Shown here in pieces: positions 48,313 to 59,400 of a stretch of DNA of 64,000 nt (the first letter of the stretch is position 1; each line of letters opens with the position of its first letter). The notes under the pieces were generated by a model, which was not told the origin of the DNA, ran no database searches, and saw only the letters and a program-made list of their open reading frames with translations. Source of the stretch: an uncultured Planctomycetaceae bacterium (GTDB lineage: Bacteria; Planctomycetota; Planctomycetia; Planctomycetales; Planctomycetaceae). The position numbers were made by a program, and so were the translations under genes. The DNA is taken from the NCBI GenBank assembly GCA_963813715.1, contig CAWFAK010000017.1:736001-800000 (forward strand), in the 5' to 3' direction.

Positions 48313-50202
48313 ATGTCGTTTGCGCAGAATGATCGGCCAGCACCCGCCTACTTTCGCGGCAGCAGCAAGCCGTACGTCCGCTGGTGGTGGCTCGCGGGGC
48401 CATTTTGCGAGCGCGACATCGAGACGCAGCTCTCCTGGGTCAAGCAAATGGGGTTCGGCGGCGTCGAGCTGGCCTGGCTTTGGCCAAGTTGGCTCCCCTG
48501 GTTTGATTCCGATCTCATTCCCCGCTGGCTCGGCTCCGAATGGTCGAGACTCGTCGCGCACGCCAAACGTTATGCGGATCGCATCGGCCTCGGCTGCGAC
48601 TTCACGCTCGGAAGCTGCTGGCCTTTCGGCGGGTCAAGCGTTGAGGCGAATCGCGCGTCTCAAACGTTCGGTGGAACTCCCACTCAGCTCCTTCGTGCTT
48701 CTTGGGAGGAGGCACTTCATCGCGACCTGTTCGTCGTCGATCATCTCAACCGGGCGGCACTGCACGCATACTTCGAGGCGATGATGCCAGCGTTTCAACC
48801 CGCGCTCGAGGGGGCGTCATCCGGGTTATTCTGCGACTCGCTTGAAATCCATTCGCATGGCTTGTGGAGTCCTGCACTGTGGGACGAATTTGCTGCCGAA
48901 TGCGGCTATCGCCTCGAGCCATTAACTGACGACCTCGATCGCCATTTCGATGTTCGCTACGACTATCGAAAGTTCCTGGCCGCGGTGATGGTGCGAGAGT
49001 TCTATGCGCCGTTTACCCAACTCTGTCACGATCATGGCGCCTACTCGCGCGTGCAATGCCACGGCTCGCCGACCGATCTGCTGACCTGTTACTCGGCGGT
49101 CGACGTCCCGGAATCCGAGGCGCTTTTGTTCGATCCGCATTTTTCGCGAATCCCGGCTTCGGCGGCCGCGCTCAGCGATCGCACCGTCGTCAGTGCCGAG
49201 ACCTTCACCTGCATTTATGGCTTCACCAGCCCGCGGCACACCGATGCCTATCGCTATTGGAAGCGCGAGCAAGTCGCCGACCTCAAGCTCCTGGCCGATG
49301 CCGTCATTGCCAGCGGCGTCAACCAGATCGTCTGGCATGGCATGCCTTACAACGCCGCGGGCTGCCACCATGAATTTTATGCGTCCGTCCACGTTGGTCC
49401 GGATTGCGCCTTCGTCGCCGAACTCCCCGCCTTCAACGCTTATCTCGAAAAGGTCTGCGGGTTGATGCAGTCGGGGCGAACTGTTTCTGAATTGGCCGTA
49501 TATTTGCCCAACGAAGACATGTGGATGCGCGATGCGATGCCGCGCGAGCTGCGCACTCCCGGCGCCGTCTATTGGTGGGAAATGCGGCACGTCGTCGTGC
49601 CCGAAGAGACGCGCCCCGTTCCAACCGCTGTGGATCTCCGCAACGATGTTGGCTCGCGCGGAGTTGCGGGAGGGGCGCCTCGCGATCGGAACGCAATCGT
49701 TCGCTGCGCTATATCTCGACGTCGAATGGCTCGATGCAGATGCCCTAGTCGAGATCCACCGCCTAGCCGCGGCGGGCCTCAAGGTCATTCTCACGCGTCG
49801 GCCGCGGCAACCCGGCCACCACGCCGCGCGGCGATTACCAACTTACGCTCGATTCGCTTACGGCCTTGCCGAACGTCGTCGCCGGCTCTGGCTCAGGCCG
49901 GCCTGCGACCCGTCGTATCGGGCGAGAATCTGCCCTCTTATTGGGCACGACAGACAGGCAACGACACGGACTTCTTCTTCGCCCATCCCAAAGCCGCGGA
50001 GGTTCACTATCCGATGCCATTCGGATTTTCGAGATGCGACGAGACGGTCCGCCGCAGGGTTACTCTGCGGTCTGCCTCGGCGTCGGCCGACGTTGAACTC
50101 GTCTTTTCGCCTTACCAGTCTCTGGTGTTGCGTTTGTCCGCAAAGGGAGAGATCACTCCGATCGAATGCGGTTATCACCCGCCTCTCCCGGTCCAATTCT
50201 GA
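48313..50202 (+). CDS. glycoside hydrolase, GH106 (alpha-L-rhamnosidase)-like (frameshifted segment about 49615-49880)
   Basis: KPYVRWWW, GFGGVEL, GSCWPFGG, FCDSLE, VRYDYR, DVPESE, SAETFT, GVNQIVWHG. Confidence 0.7.
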   Translation: MSFAQNDRPAPAYFRGSSKPYVRWWWLAGPFCERDIETQLSWVKQMGFGGVELAWLWPSWLPWFDSDLIPRWLGSEWSRLVAHAKRYADRIGLGCDFTLGSCWPFGGSSVEANRASQTFGGTPTQLLRASWEEALHRDLFVVDHLNRAALHAYFEAMMPAFQPALEGASSGLFCDSLEIHSHGLWSPALWDEFAAECGYRLEPLTDDLDRHFDVRYDYRKFLAAVMVREFYAPFTQLCHDHGAYSRVQCHGSPTDLLTCYSAVDVPESEALLFDPHFSRIPASAAALSDRTVVSAETFTCIYGFTSPRHTDAYRYWKREQVADLKLLADAVIASGVNQIVWHGMPYNAAGCHHEFYASVHVGPDCAFVAELPAFNAYLEKVCGLMQSGRTVSELAVYLPNEDMWMRDAMPRELRTPGAVYWWEMRHVVVPEETRPVPTAVDLRNDVGSRGVAGGAPRDRNAIVRCAISRRRMARCRCPSRDPPPSRGGPQGHSHASAAATRPPRRAAITNLRSIRLRPCRTSSPALAQAGLRPVVSGENLPSYWARQTGNDTDFFFAHPKAAEVHYPMPFGFSRCDETVRRRVTLRSASASADVELVFSPYQSLVLRLSAKGEITPIECGYHPPLPVQF

Positions 50203-50295
50203 TGTCGTCCCAAGCGGAACAGGACAGATGAGCTTGCTCCGCATCGGAGCAAAAGACCGGACTCGCGGGAGAATGTCATGCTGGTGGCTCACAGA

Positions 50296-50481
50296 TCAGC
50301 TGCGTCCTGACGGACTCGCGATCAGCTCCGTGACTGCAAAAACCACCACCCCGCCACCAAGCAGCGCGAGCACCCAATCCTGCAGGACCATACTGAGGGA
50401 CAGCACCGCCGCACCAATCGCGAGCGATGGCCAGCCGATCAGCCGATGCAAGAATGGCTTCTTTGGCTTGCCGGTGCTCAT
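50296..50481 (-). CDS. small two-TM membrane protein
   Basis: Basic N-terminus and two hydrophobic segments. Confidence 0.45.
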   Translation of the reverse strand: MSTGKPKKPFLHRLIGWPSLAIGAAVLSLSMVLQDWVLALLGGGVVVFAVTELIASPSGRS

Positions 50482-50536
50482 GCCGTCATTCTATACGGCT
50501 GACGCGCCGTATCGAGGTGCGGCGGCCCGGGCAGAG

Positions 50537-50689
50537 CTACCCGTCATTCTGCGCGACTCGGTCTTTGCGCAACTTGATCCTCTGAGCCTCTCGTTCCTTC
50601 TTCAATTGTTCCCGTTCGCTCTTGGCCTGCTGCTTCTCTTCTTTTTGACGCTGATCCGGGCCGTCATCGTCGTCGGAGCGATATGGCAT
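50537..50689 (-). CDS. small charged helical protein
   Basis: MPYRSDDDDG...KEREAQRIKLRK; GAGGAAG RBS upstream. Confidence 0.45.
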   Translation of the reverse strand: MPYRSDDDDGPDQRQKEEKQQAKSEREQLKKEREAQRIKLRKDRVAQNDG

Positions 50690-50802
50690 AAACTCACTTC
50701 CTCGTCGTCGGAAGCCAAGCGATCGACGCCGAGGCTTCGCAAGGAACGTCACAATTGCGAATGGAGGCACGAAATCAAGTCGGAGCCGGGCGGCGCCGCG
50801 AC

Positions 50803-51000
50803 TTAACACTTCACGTCGAATTCCGGCTGATTACACATTTTGTCGATAATTCCCTGATCGTCGCTCCCCTCGACCAGCACGGTGATCCCCCGCGGGAAAC
50901 CGGCCTCATGGACGGCGATGACCTTATACCCCCAGTTTGCAAACTTGTCGGTGACAAATCGCTGGTCGTCGTCGCTTTCGAGGCGCAGGTCGAGTTCCAT
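50803..51000 (-). CDS. small hypothetical protein
   Basis: Protein-like composition MELDLRLESDDDQRFVTDKF. Confidence 0.45.
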   Translation of the reverse strand: MELDLRLESDDDQRFVTDKFANWGYKVIAVHEAGFPRGITVLVEGSDDQGIIDKMCNQPEFDVKC

Positions 51001-51280
51001 CGCGTTATCGGCGGGTCGTATTGTTTGGCAGCGAATCGGCATGACGGTCCCTTGAGGGAGTGGTCCTTACGGCGCGACACGTGGACGCGATTCTCCAGCA
51101 GGCGCGGCTTCAAAAATCGCGAACGGGGAGGAACGAAGGCGCCGCGGCGGGCGATTCAGGAAGTGCCGAATTGATAACGTCGTGTCCTTGCCTGGCCAAA
51201 AAGGTTTTTTGCACGCCGACCGTAAAGATCCACCTGTGGAGCAACAGTAATCACTTCTCGCGTTTCTGCCCAGCGCGAAC

Positions 51281-51595
51281 TCAGTTTATTCCTCGGATGC
51301 CGGCAACCTTGCCCAGCAGGTAGCCGAGTTCGTCACCGTCGAGCTCGGCGACCGCGGCAAGCCGGTGAATGTTGCGAATCAAACCGCGTTTAACGCAGTG
51401 AAAGGCCTTGAAGTCGGCTTCGCCTACGGAGCGGCCTAATAGGAGGTCGTTGCGCGTGATTCGCAGTTCGCTGATACTGGGGGTTGTCCAATTCTCGTCC
51501 AATAGGGAACCAAGAACTGCCATGAAAATGGGGCTCGTCTCGATCGCCTGGAGCTTTTGCACGCAGTCGTGATGAATCTGCTTCGTTGCCCGCAT
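51281..51595 (-). CDS. hypothetical protein (paralog of 45696..46022)
   Basis: Shared motifs with paralog; AGGA RBS. Confidence 0.7.
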   Translation of the reverse strand: MRATKQIHHDCVQKLQAIETSPIFMAVLGSLLDENWTTPSISELRITRNDLLLGRSVGEADFKAFHCVKRGLIRNIHRLAAVAELDGDELGYLLGKVAGIRGIN

Positions 51596-51969
51596 AGCCG
51601 TGGGTTCCTGAGAGCGACACTGGCTTCACGTTCTCGACCCGCCGTCCTTTTGCGCCCAGCGTCTCACGGAACGAAGAACCGTTGTCCAACCCGGAAGTGA
51701 TGCTGTAGATACAAAGTTTGCACTTGCAAAAATCATAATCGATGGACGATACCCTGGCAAGGCAAGCCGGATCCCTGCCCCGCTCGAAAACGTCGGCGCC
51801 GCGGAGGCGCGTTTCATCGGTAGTACGTGATCGGTCGCCGGCTTTCGTGACGTAGAACTTCCGCAACTTCGGCAGAGAATTACAGCGGACATCCATCGCT
51901 CGCTGCGATACGACAGCAAGGCGCCCTGCGGCCAAATGAGACCGAAGTGAGAGGATCGATCGAGTTTCG

Positions 51970-52326
51970 TTAACCCTGCCCTCCCATCTCCATCTCGAAA
52001 GATGTCGTCGGATCAAGGTGATCAACCAGGTCTTGATCCTTGGCGATCGAACCGAATTCCTCTTTGACCTTGTTGAACATTGCTTTCGCACCGTCGAGGT
52101 CGAGCATGAGATTGGCAATCATGCCGGCCTGAACAAAGCCGATCCAGCGATGGAGTTTGGTATCAGGCCAGTCCTCCGCGTGCTCAACGATCAGGTTGCA
52201 CATCCGTCGAAGATGTTTGGGACGAAGCGAGTCGGGCAGCGCGAAGCGAACGTCCTCCGTTTTGTTTTGGATGATGCTCAGACATCGCTCCGCCATTGCG
52301 ACCATTAGCAGATTACCTTGATCCAT
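51970..52326 (-). CDS. hypothetical protein
   Basis: GGAG RBS; KLHRWIGFVQAGM; follows the csp gene on the same strand. Confidence 0.6.
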   Translation of the reverse strand: MDQGNLLMVAMAERCLSIIQNKTEDVRFALPDSLRPKHLRRMCNLIVEHAEDWPDTKLHRWIGFVQAGMIANLMLDLDGAKAMFNKVKEEFGSIAKDQDLVDHLDPTTSFEMEMGGQG

Positions 52327-52417
52327 GGCATCGCTCCGTCTTGCGAACTTGCCCACTGCCCATAAAGAAAGCCGACGAGGCTCGTCGGCTTTCAGGTCTT
52401 CCAAAATGCGTCGACGC

Positions 52418-52615
52418 TCAGACGGGTCGCACGTTTTCGGCTCTCGGCCCTTTCGGCCCACGTCCTTCGTTGTAGGAGACCAGCTGTCCTTCCTGGAGCT
52501 GCTCGTAGCCCGAACCTTCCACGTTTGATGAGTGGAAGAACATGTCCTTGCCGGTTCCGGTGTCGATGAACCCGAAACCCTTGTCCGTTTTTCGCTTGAT
52601 CGTACCCTGGGGCAT
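52418..52615 (-). CDS. cold-shock domain protein
   Basis: KGFGFI (RNP1), MFFHSS (RNP2), GPKGPRAENV. Confidence 0.92.
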   Translation of the reverse strand: MPQGTIKRKTDKGFGFIDTGTGKDMFFHSSNVEGSGYEQLQEGQLVSYNEGRGPKGPRAENVRPV

Positions 52616-52948
52616 TCTGCTCACGTTCCTAAAAAAGAATGTCCGGTGTTGCCCGAAGCTCGGGACTCTTTCACCGCACGCCCGAATTGTATCAATCAGG
52701 ACCGTTTGGCGGCAGTGACATGAGCCTGGTGACGGCGAAAACACGGCAATACGCGACTCCGGACGTCGGTTCGCCATCCTACGCGTCGTGCACCATCGCG
52801 CGCTCGAGGAGCCGAATCGCCAGCTCATTGTCAGCGTGACCCGGTCGAGGTTCTTTCGACGCAACCAAGCTTCGGGCCAAGACCATTCGCCCGTTCGTCA
52901 AAAGGCGTCTCGCACTTGCGCAAGATTCGCCGATCTTCAGACGTGTAA

Positions 52949-52994
52949 GTCGGGACGACAGGATTTGAACCTGCGACTTCTTGCACCCCAAGCA
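52949..52994 (-). pseudogene. 3' half of tRNA-Pro(GGG), att-like remnant
   Basis: Minus strand TGCTTGGGGTGCAAGAAGTCGCAGGTTCAAATCCTGTCGTCCCGAC: anticodon loop, T-arm and acceptor 3' strand; no D-arm or 5' half. Confidence 0.75.
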
Positions 52995-53039
52995 CAGGTT
53001 GCAATCATGCCGAAAGCTCGGAAAGTTGTTTGTTGGAAG

Positions 53040-53378
53040 GGACTTTAGCACCTCCGCTGCTGTGTTGTCGGGCGAAAGCACCATGTCTTGGGCGCCGTGC
53101 GCGGGCTGAAACCGCAACGTCCCCAAGCGAAGGCGGGCGCCGGGCGGAAGCGGATCGCCAAGCTGGTCAACTGGCTCCGCTTTCGAGCCGCGCGATGGAG
53201 CAGATTTGGCGGCCTTCGACGCCGACTTCGCGTCAGCCTGATTCAAGGCGACCGCAGGCTTGGGTGGCTGCGCTGCGTTCTGCGCAGCGCGGCTGACTAG
53301 ACCGAATGCGGCCGCGAGAACCACAACCAAAAGCCACGTCAACGTTGTGCAGCGAATCGGCATCGACTGCAATCTCAC
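53040..53378 (-). pseudogene. truncated secreted WD40-repeat protein (N-terminus only)
   Basis: Signal peptide plus DQLGDPLPPGARLRLGTLRF, the motif that precedes planctomycete WD40 propellers; similarity stops at SPD. Confidence 0.65.
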
Positions 53379-53422
53379 TCACGTAAGCCGATTGCTCAGG
53401 CGAAAGAGCAGACCATTTAGAA

Positions 53423-53469
53423 GTGAAGGCGCCGGGACTCGAACCCAGGGGACCTGCGCATTAAGAGTC
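53423..53469 (-). pseudogene. degenerate 3' half of tRNA-Lys
   Basis: Minus strand GACTCTTAATGCGCAGGTCCCCTGGGTTCGAGTCCCGGCGCCTTCAC: CTT anticodon loop and GTTCGAGTCC T-loop. Confidence 0.55.
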
Positions 53470-53991
53470 TCTCTGGCCAATTGTCCGCCAACGTTCGCTT
53501 TTGCACAACGCTGTACGCACACGCTGATTTAGGGCTAGCGGAGAATTCCGCGACCATCCGCGATCGTGCTGTGGTGTTCGTGGACTAGGCTACACTTTTG
53601 GCTGTCAATTTCATTCACGGGGGGCACGATGGCTCCGCAGGTCCGCGAGAATCTCCGTGCGGCCCAAATTTGGCCTCAACAACGGGCGATGTGGCTCCCG
53701 ACCGTTGTATCACTAATCCGTCCGTTTCTTGCGACCTCGACCGATGACTGCCACCGTCACGGGCACCGGAAACTCATCCGTTTTTCGGTACGCGATTCTG
53801 CGCACCGAATTGCCATACGTTTTGGTGGAATCGGGCCTCGGGCGGCAACGGCGCTAAAACGCCCTGAAATCGGCGGCAGAAATCGAAAGTTCTAGGGAAC
53901 ACGCCGACTTCTGCCTGAAGCGACCGCTTTCGGAAACGACTGGCTGCGATATTCGACGGCCGAGGCTTTGTCGGTTCAGCGATCCATCGCT

Positions 53992-54743
53992 TCACAAGGT
54001 CCGACCGCTCAACTGTGCCAGGGCTCGATCACAGGGCGGAGCCCAGCGGCAGGCCAGTTCGGCGACCAAAAGGGCCGTCACGGCGCCGGCATAGACGTCC
54101 ATTGTGTAGTGGGCGCGGAGCACCAAGACCGTCAACGCCTCAAAGAGGACGATCGACACCCCCAATGCCGTAAGCCACTTGCGCCCGGTCCGGGCCAATT
54201 CCACGGCCGCCAAAACGGCCAACCCGGTGTGACCCGAGAAAAAGAAGTCGGTCGAAACGCCGTACGTCACCAGGAGCGTCGGCACGCCGGTGTTGTGCCA
54301 GATCATCCCCGGCGGCACGGGAACGCGCAGAGCATTTGGCAGAGTTGTCGCAAGGCGAACAGCATGAGCAGCCCCAGGAATGGGCGAACAGTCCGTCCGA
54401 AAAGAGTTGCCGCCAGCAACGACACGCCGACCACGTCGATCACTGCCGAACTGATGATCAGCAGCGTATCGGCCGCCTGCGGATGCGCTCGGAACGCGTC
54501 GTGCAACCCGGCCGTCCATTGATGCAGGACGTCGCCGACGCCGCTGCCGGAGAACTCGCGCTGACCGATTAGCGACTGCGTCCAGAACCACGCTCCAAGC
54601 CCCGCAGCGACGAAGGCGGCCCGCAACCACCAGGGAGCGACGGTTGCTGCCGGCGTCGCTGGCACCAATCCGCTCGAAGCCGGTGGAGCCGTCATGATGG
54701 AAACCTGCCTCTTGTAAGAATCGGTCAGCGAAAGTGCTTCCAT
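53992..54743 (-). CDS. PAP2-superfamily sphingomyelin-synthase-like membrane phosphotransferase (frameshift about 54330)
   Basis: About 6 TMs; TDFFFSGHT and AHYTMDV motifs. Confidence 0.75.
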
Positions 54744-54746
54744 TTC

Positions 54747-55985
54747 TCACCTCCCCTCAGTCATGAAGCTAAGCTGGGTTGGCTGGTCGCAAAATTGTCG
54801 GGGCGGGCGATACCCAACAAATGGTGAAGCTGTTGATCAAGCTGCGACATCACCGGGTCCTCGGCGGCGCCGCGTCGCGCACGGGATTCACGGTGATTGG
54901 CTTGCCGATCGTCACGGTCGCGGTCATTGGACGATGCACGCGGCAGTCGTCGCGCAAGTCTTCTTCAAATCTCTCGACCGTTTCCAGCAGGCGCTCCTTC
55001 GTCGGGTTCGAGCGGATGTAATCCGGCGGAAAACAGGCAATCTGCTGGGCAAGGTACATGTCAGCCAGGTGCTTCCAGCGGCGGTCGCGCTCCAGCAGAG
55101 TGATCGTGCTCTGCACCATGTCGGGAAGAATGGCAATCCGCAGCTGCTTGACGCGTCCCACGGTGGTTGATTCGCGGCGGCCCTTCAGCCATTCCTGCTC
55201 GAGTGGCACGAGCAGATGATCGATCAGCCGTTCGGCGCGCTCGAAGATCGTTCCCGACTGGGGCCGTCCGAGGTATTCGAGCTCCTTCAGGCACAAAAGC
55301 GACTCGCCGACGTGGACGATACGGTCGAACAGCTCGAGCCCGCGTTTTGGCTGCCAGGTAAGACGCTGCTCGATGTCATCCAGCACCGGGTGCAGTGCCC
55401 GCTCGACGTCGCCGTGAAAGTGGTATCGGATTGCAACTGGATGAACGACGACCTGTGCGCCCGAATCGATCTCTGCCCGCTTTTTCGCCGCCGCACGGGC
55501 GATGAACGCAGTGCCCCCCATCATCGAGTTCAGCCGATCGTTGTGCCGGCTGATGACCCCTTCCGGAAAAATCACCAGCGGGCGCCGTGCCTGCGTCAGA
55601 ATCTCGACGCCGGCTGCCAGCGCTTGCCGGTCAAGCCCCTCGCGATAGATGCTAAAGGCCCCGGCTCGGCGGAGGAGAAACGCTTGCAACCGGCCCTGCA
55701 CAAAAAGATCGCGCTGGCCATGATGAACGGCAACGTCCCCACCTGTCGGCACATTTCTCCCACCACGTACGGATCGCACGGCCGGCAATGGTTGGGGGCC
55801 AGCAGCACGCCATGCCCCGCGGCCAGCGACTGGCGTAGATGATCGGCCCCTTGGACTTCGACCCTCTCGATGCCGTATTCGCGGCGCAGTTTCCGCCGCC
55901 CGACCAGCGTTAAAATTCGCGGCCAGAGTATGCCGTGATAGGGCGGAACGAACTCATACGGCTTTTCACTTACGACCGGATGCAT
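54747..55985 (-). CDS. PlsC-family lysophospholipid acyltransferase (2 frameshifts)
   Basis: APNHCRPCD (HX4D), GAFSIYREG, IFPEG, HPVAIRY. Confidence 0.85.
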
Positions 55986-56461
55986 GGCAGCATTCCTGGG
56001 TTATTCGCAATCGATCAGATTTCGCGTTCCTACTGCTCTAGGCGCGGAATTGCGGTCCGTATAACGCGTGCTCTGCGAAAAATGCGGATTAACCCGGGCA
56101 CAATCCTGATAGTGCGCTAACGCTTTTCCGCGGCGTCGTGATGCAACTTGCTGTTTTACTCTCGCCCGAACCGGTGAATTTGGTCCTCATACCTGCCGCT
56201 ATTCCCGTAATCTCAACCGTTTTCCCGGACACGCCATCGAGATTTTGGGAGTGGCAGGGTTCGACCAGAAATGCAGGGGCGATGATCCGGAGAGAGCCGT
56301 TCGTCAGAGTCAAATATGAGTTGTCGTCAGGGCGTAGCCTCAAAGAATCCTGCCACAACTCGAACACCAAAAACTGTGCTTGTCCGATCCGCCACGGCTA
56401 GAATGGACGCCGAACGAGGAAGTCCGCCTGTACGAGATTCCGAGAAGCACAGCATCGATTT

Positions 56462-59400
56462 ATGGCTGAATGCGATCCACGGGCAGCGACCATAAAATTT
56501 GAGGTCGATCAAACCTCGGCCGCTGACGCTGCGCCGACGAAATTGCCAGAAACGATCGGACGCTACCGGATCATCAAGTTGCTCGGCAAAGGTGGATTCG
56601 GGCTGGTTTATCTGGCGCATGATGACCAACTCAGCCGCCCCGTGGCCGTCAAGGTGCCCCACGCTAATCGGGTTGTCCGTCCCGAAGACGCCGAGCTTTA
56701 TCTGGCCGAAGCTCGCATTGTAGCCAGTCTCGAACATCCGAACATCGTCCCGGTTCACGACGTGGGGAGCACGGCGGAATTTCCCTTCTTCGTCGTCTCG
56801 AAATATGTCGAGGGTTCCGATCTGGCGACGAAGCTCAAGGAGTCCCGGCTTTCTTGTCAGCAAGCGGCGGAACTGGTGGCGACCGTGGCTGAGGCGTTGC
56901 ATTACGCTCACAAGCAAGGGTTGGTTCATCGAGATGTAAAGCCCGGCAACATCCTGATCGACAACAATGGCAATGCGTACGTCGTTGATTTCGGCTTGGC
57001 TCTGCGGGAAGAAAACATTGGTAAAGGACCGAAGTATGCCGGAACGCCCTCCTACATGAGCCCCGAACAGGCTCGTGGGGAAGGGCATCGGGTCGACGGC
57101 CGGAGCGACATTTTTAGTCTCGGCATTGTGTTCTACGAACTACTTGTCGGCCGTCAGCCGTTTCGTGGCGAGACGCAGGTCGAACTGCTGGAACAAATCA
57201 CGACTCAAGAACCCCGGCCTCCACGGCAGATTGACGACCGTATCTCGAAGGAACTGGACCGCATTTGTTTGAAGGCCCTCTCGAAGCGGGCCTCGGAGCG
57301 TTACTCGGCGGCAAGGGACATGGCCGAGGATCTTCGGCACTTTCTGGCCGAGCAGACCCTCAACCAGCATTCCGGCCATGTGGAGAAAGGCAGCGGCTCG
57401 CGTGCGGTCATGCCGGTCCAGGAACCACCGTCCACGTCGATTGCGGCCAGCCGATCCGGTCCAATCTCGGCCACGGCGACAATGCCCTCATCCGACAGCC
57501 AGCCGATCAAGATTGTGCCGAAAGGCTTGCGGTCGTTCGACGCTCACGATGCCGACTTTTTCCTGGAACTGTTGCCGGGGCCACGAGATCGGGACGGACT
57601 GCCTGACAGTATCCGATTCTGGAAGACCCGCATCGAGGAATCCGATTCTGAAAATACTTTTTCTGTCGGATTGATCTACGGCCCATCGGGCTGCGGCAAA
57701 TCGTCGCTGGTGAAGGCGGGGTTGTTGCCTCGTCTGTCCGAAGACGTGATCGCCGTTTACGTCGAAGCCACCGCTGAGGAAACAGAGACACGGGTTCTGA
57801 ACGGTCTGCGGATGCGCTGTGCCGCTTTGTCCGACAACTTGTCGTTGAAAGAAACAATGGCTGCCCTACGCCGGGGCCAGGGAATCCCCGTGGGTAAGAA
57901 GGTGCTGATCATCCTTGATCAGTTCGAGCAATGGCTGCACGCCAAGAAGGAGGAGCAAAACGCTGAACTTGTGCAAGCGCTTCGTCAATGCGAGGGCGGC
58001 TCGGGTCCAGTGCATCGTGATGGTGCGGGACGATTTTTGGCTTGCGGTGAGCCGGTTCATGCGTGAACTGGAAGTGCGATTGGTCGAAGGACAGAACAGC
58101 GCCTTGGTCGATCTCTTCAACGTGGATCATGCGAAGAGGGTGCTCGCCGCTTTCGGGAGTGCATTCGGCAAACTGCTACAGAAGCCGGGCGCAACGACTC
58201 GGGAGCAAAAGCAGTTTCTCGAACAAGCCGTGAATGGCTTGGCCCAGGACGGCAAGGTCGTCTGCGTCCGTCTGGCCCTTTTTGCCGAGATGATGAAGGG
58301 AAAGCAGTGGACGCCTGCGGCACTAAAAGAGGTGGGAGGGACCGAAGGCATCGGCGTGACCTTCCTTGAAGAAACCTTCTCTGCAACGACTGCTCCACCC
58401 GAGCATCGCTATTACCAGAAAGCGGCTCGTTCCGTGCTGAAGGCGCTGCTCCCGGAGTCAGGCACGGAAATCAAGGGGCACATGCGTTCCCGCCAGGAGT
58501 TGATGGAAGCATCGGGTTGCGGCGATCGCCCGCGGGAGTTCGAGGATCTCATTCGCATTCTAGACAGCGAAATCCGGCTCATTACGCCGACCGATCCCGA
58601 AGGAAGTGCAGCGGCCGAGGACTCGCTGGCCAAAGTCGAAGTCGGTCAGAAGTATTATCAACTGACGCACGATTATCTGGTCCATTCACTTCAGGATTGG
58701 CTGACCCGCAAGCAAAGAGAGACTCGGCGAGGTCGAGCCGAACTGCGACTTGCGGATCGTGCGGCCTTGTGGGACGCCAAGCCGGAAAATCGGCACCTGC
58801 CGTCGCTCTGGGAGTTTCTCAACGTTTGGTTGTTGACTGACAGGAAGAAATGGACCCAGCCGCAGCGGAAGATGATGGGCAAAGCGGGACGAGCGCATGG
58901 CATTCGATCCGGCATCGCTGCCGCAGTTGCGATTGCTGCCGTCTTCAGTGCATGGCAGATCAACGGGCACTTCCAGGCAACATCGCTCGTGAAACGACTC
59001 GTCGCCGCCGACATCGCCGAGGTTCCCGGCATTGTCCAAGAGTTGGGTGCCTACCGTCGTTGGGCCGACCCATTGCTGCGGCAGGAAGACGTCAATGCAC
59101 CACAGGGCTCCAATAAAAAACTCGATTTGGATCTGGCACTCCTGGCCGTGGATCAAAGCAAGCTTGCCGAACTACGGGAAGACTTGCTGCACGTCTCGCC
59201 GAGTCAGTTCCCGTTGGTCCGGGACGCTCTATTGCCGTATAGGGACAGCGTGGCTAACCCGCTGTGGAATGTGGCGCTGGACACGAAGCGAGAAGCGCCG
59301 CAGCGGTTTCAAGCAGCATGTGCCTTGGCGACCTATGCCCCTGACGACAACAGATGGAGTCGGATCAACACGTTTGTTGCCGCTCATCTGGTGACGCGGG

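Noticed and set aside
52949..53469. Functional tRNA genes
   Set aside because: Only 3' halves are present; no D-arm or 5' acceptor strand
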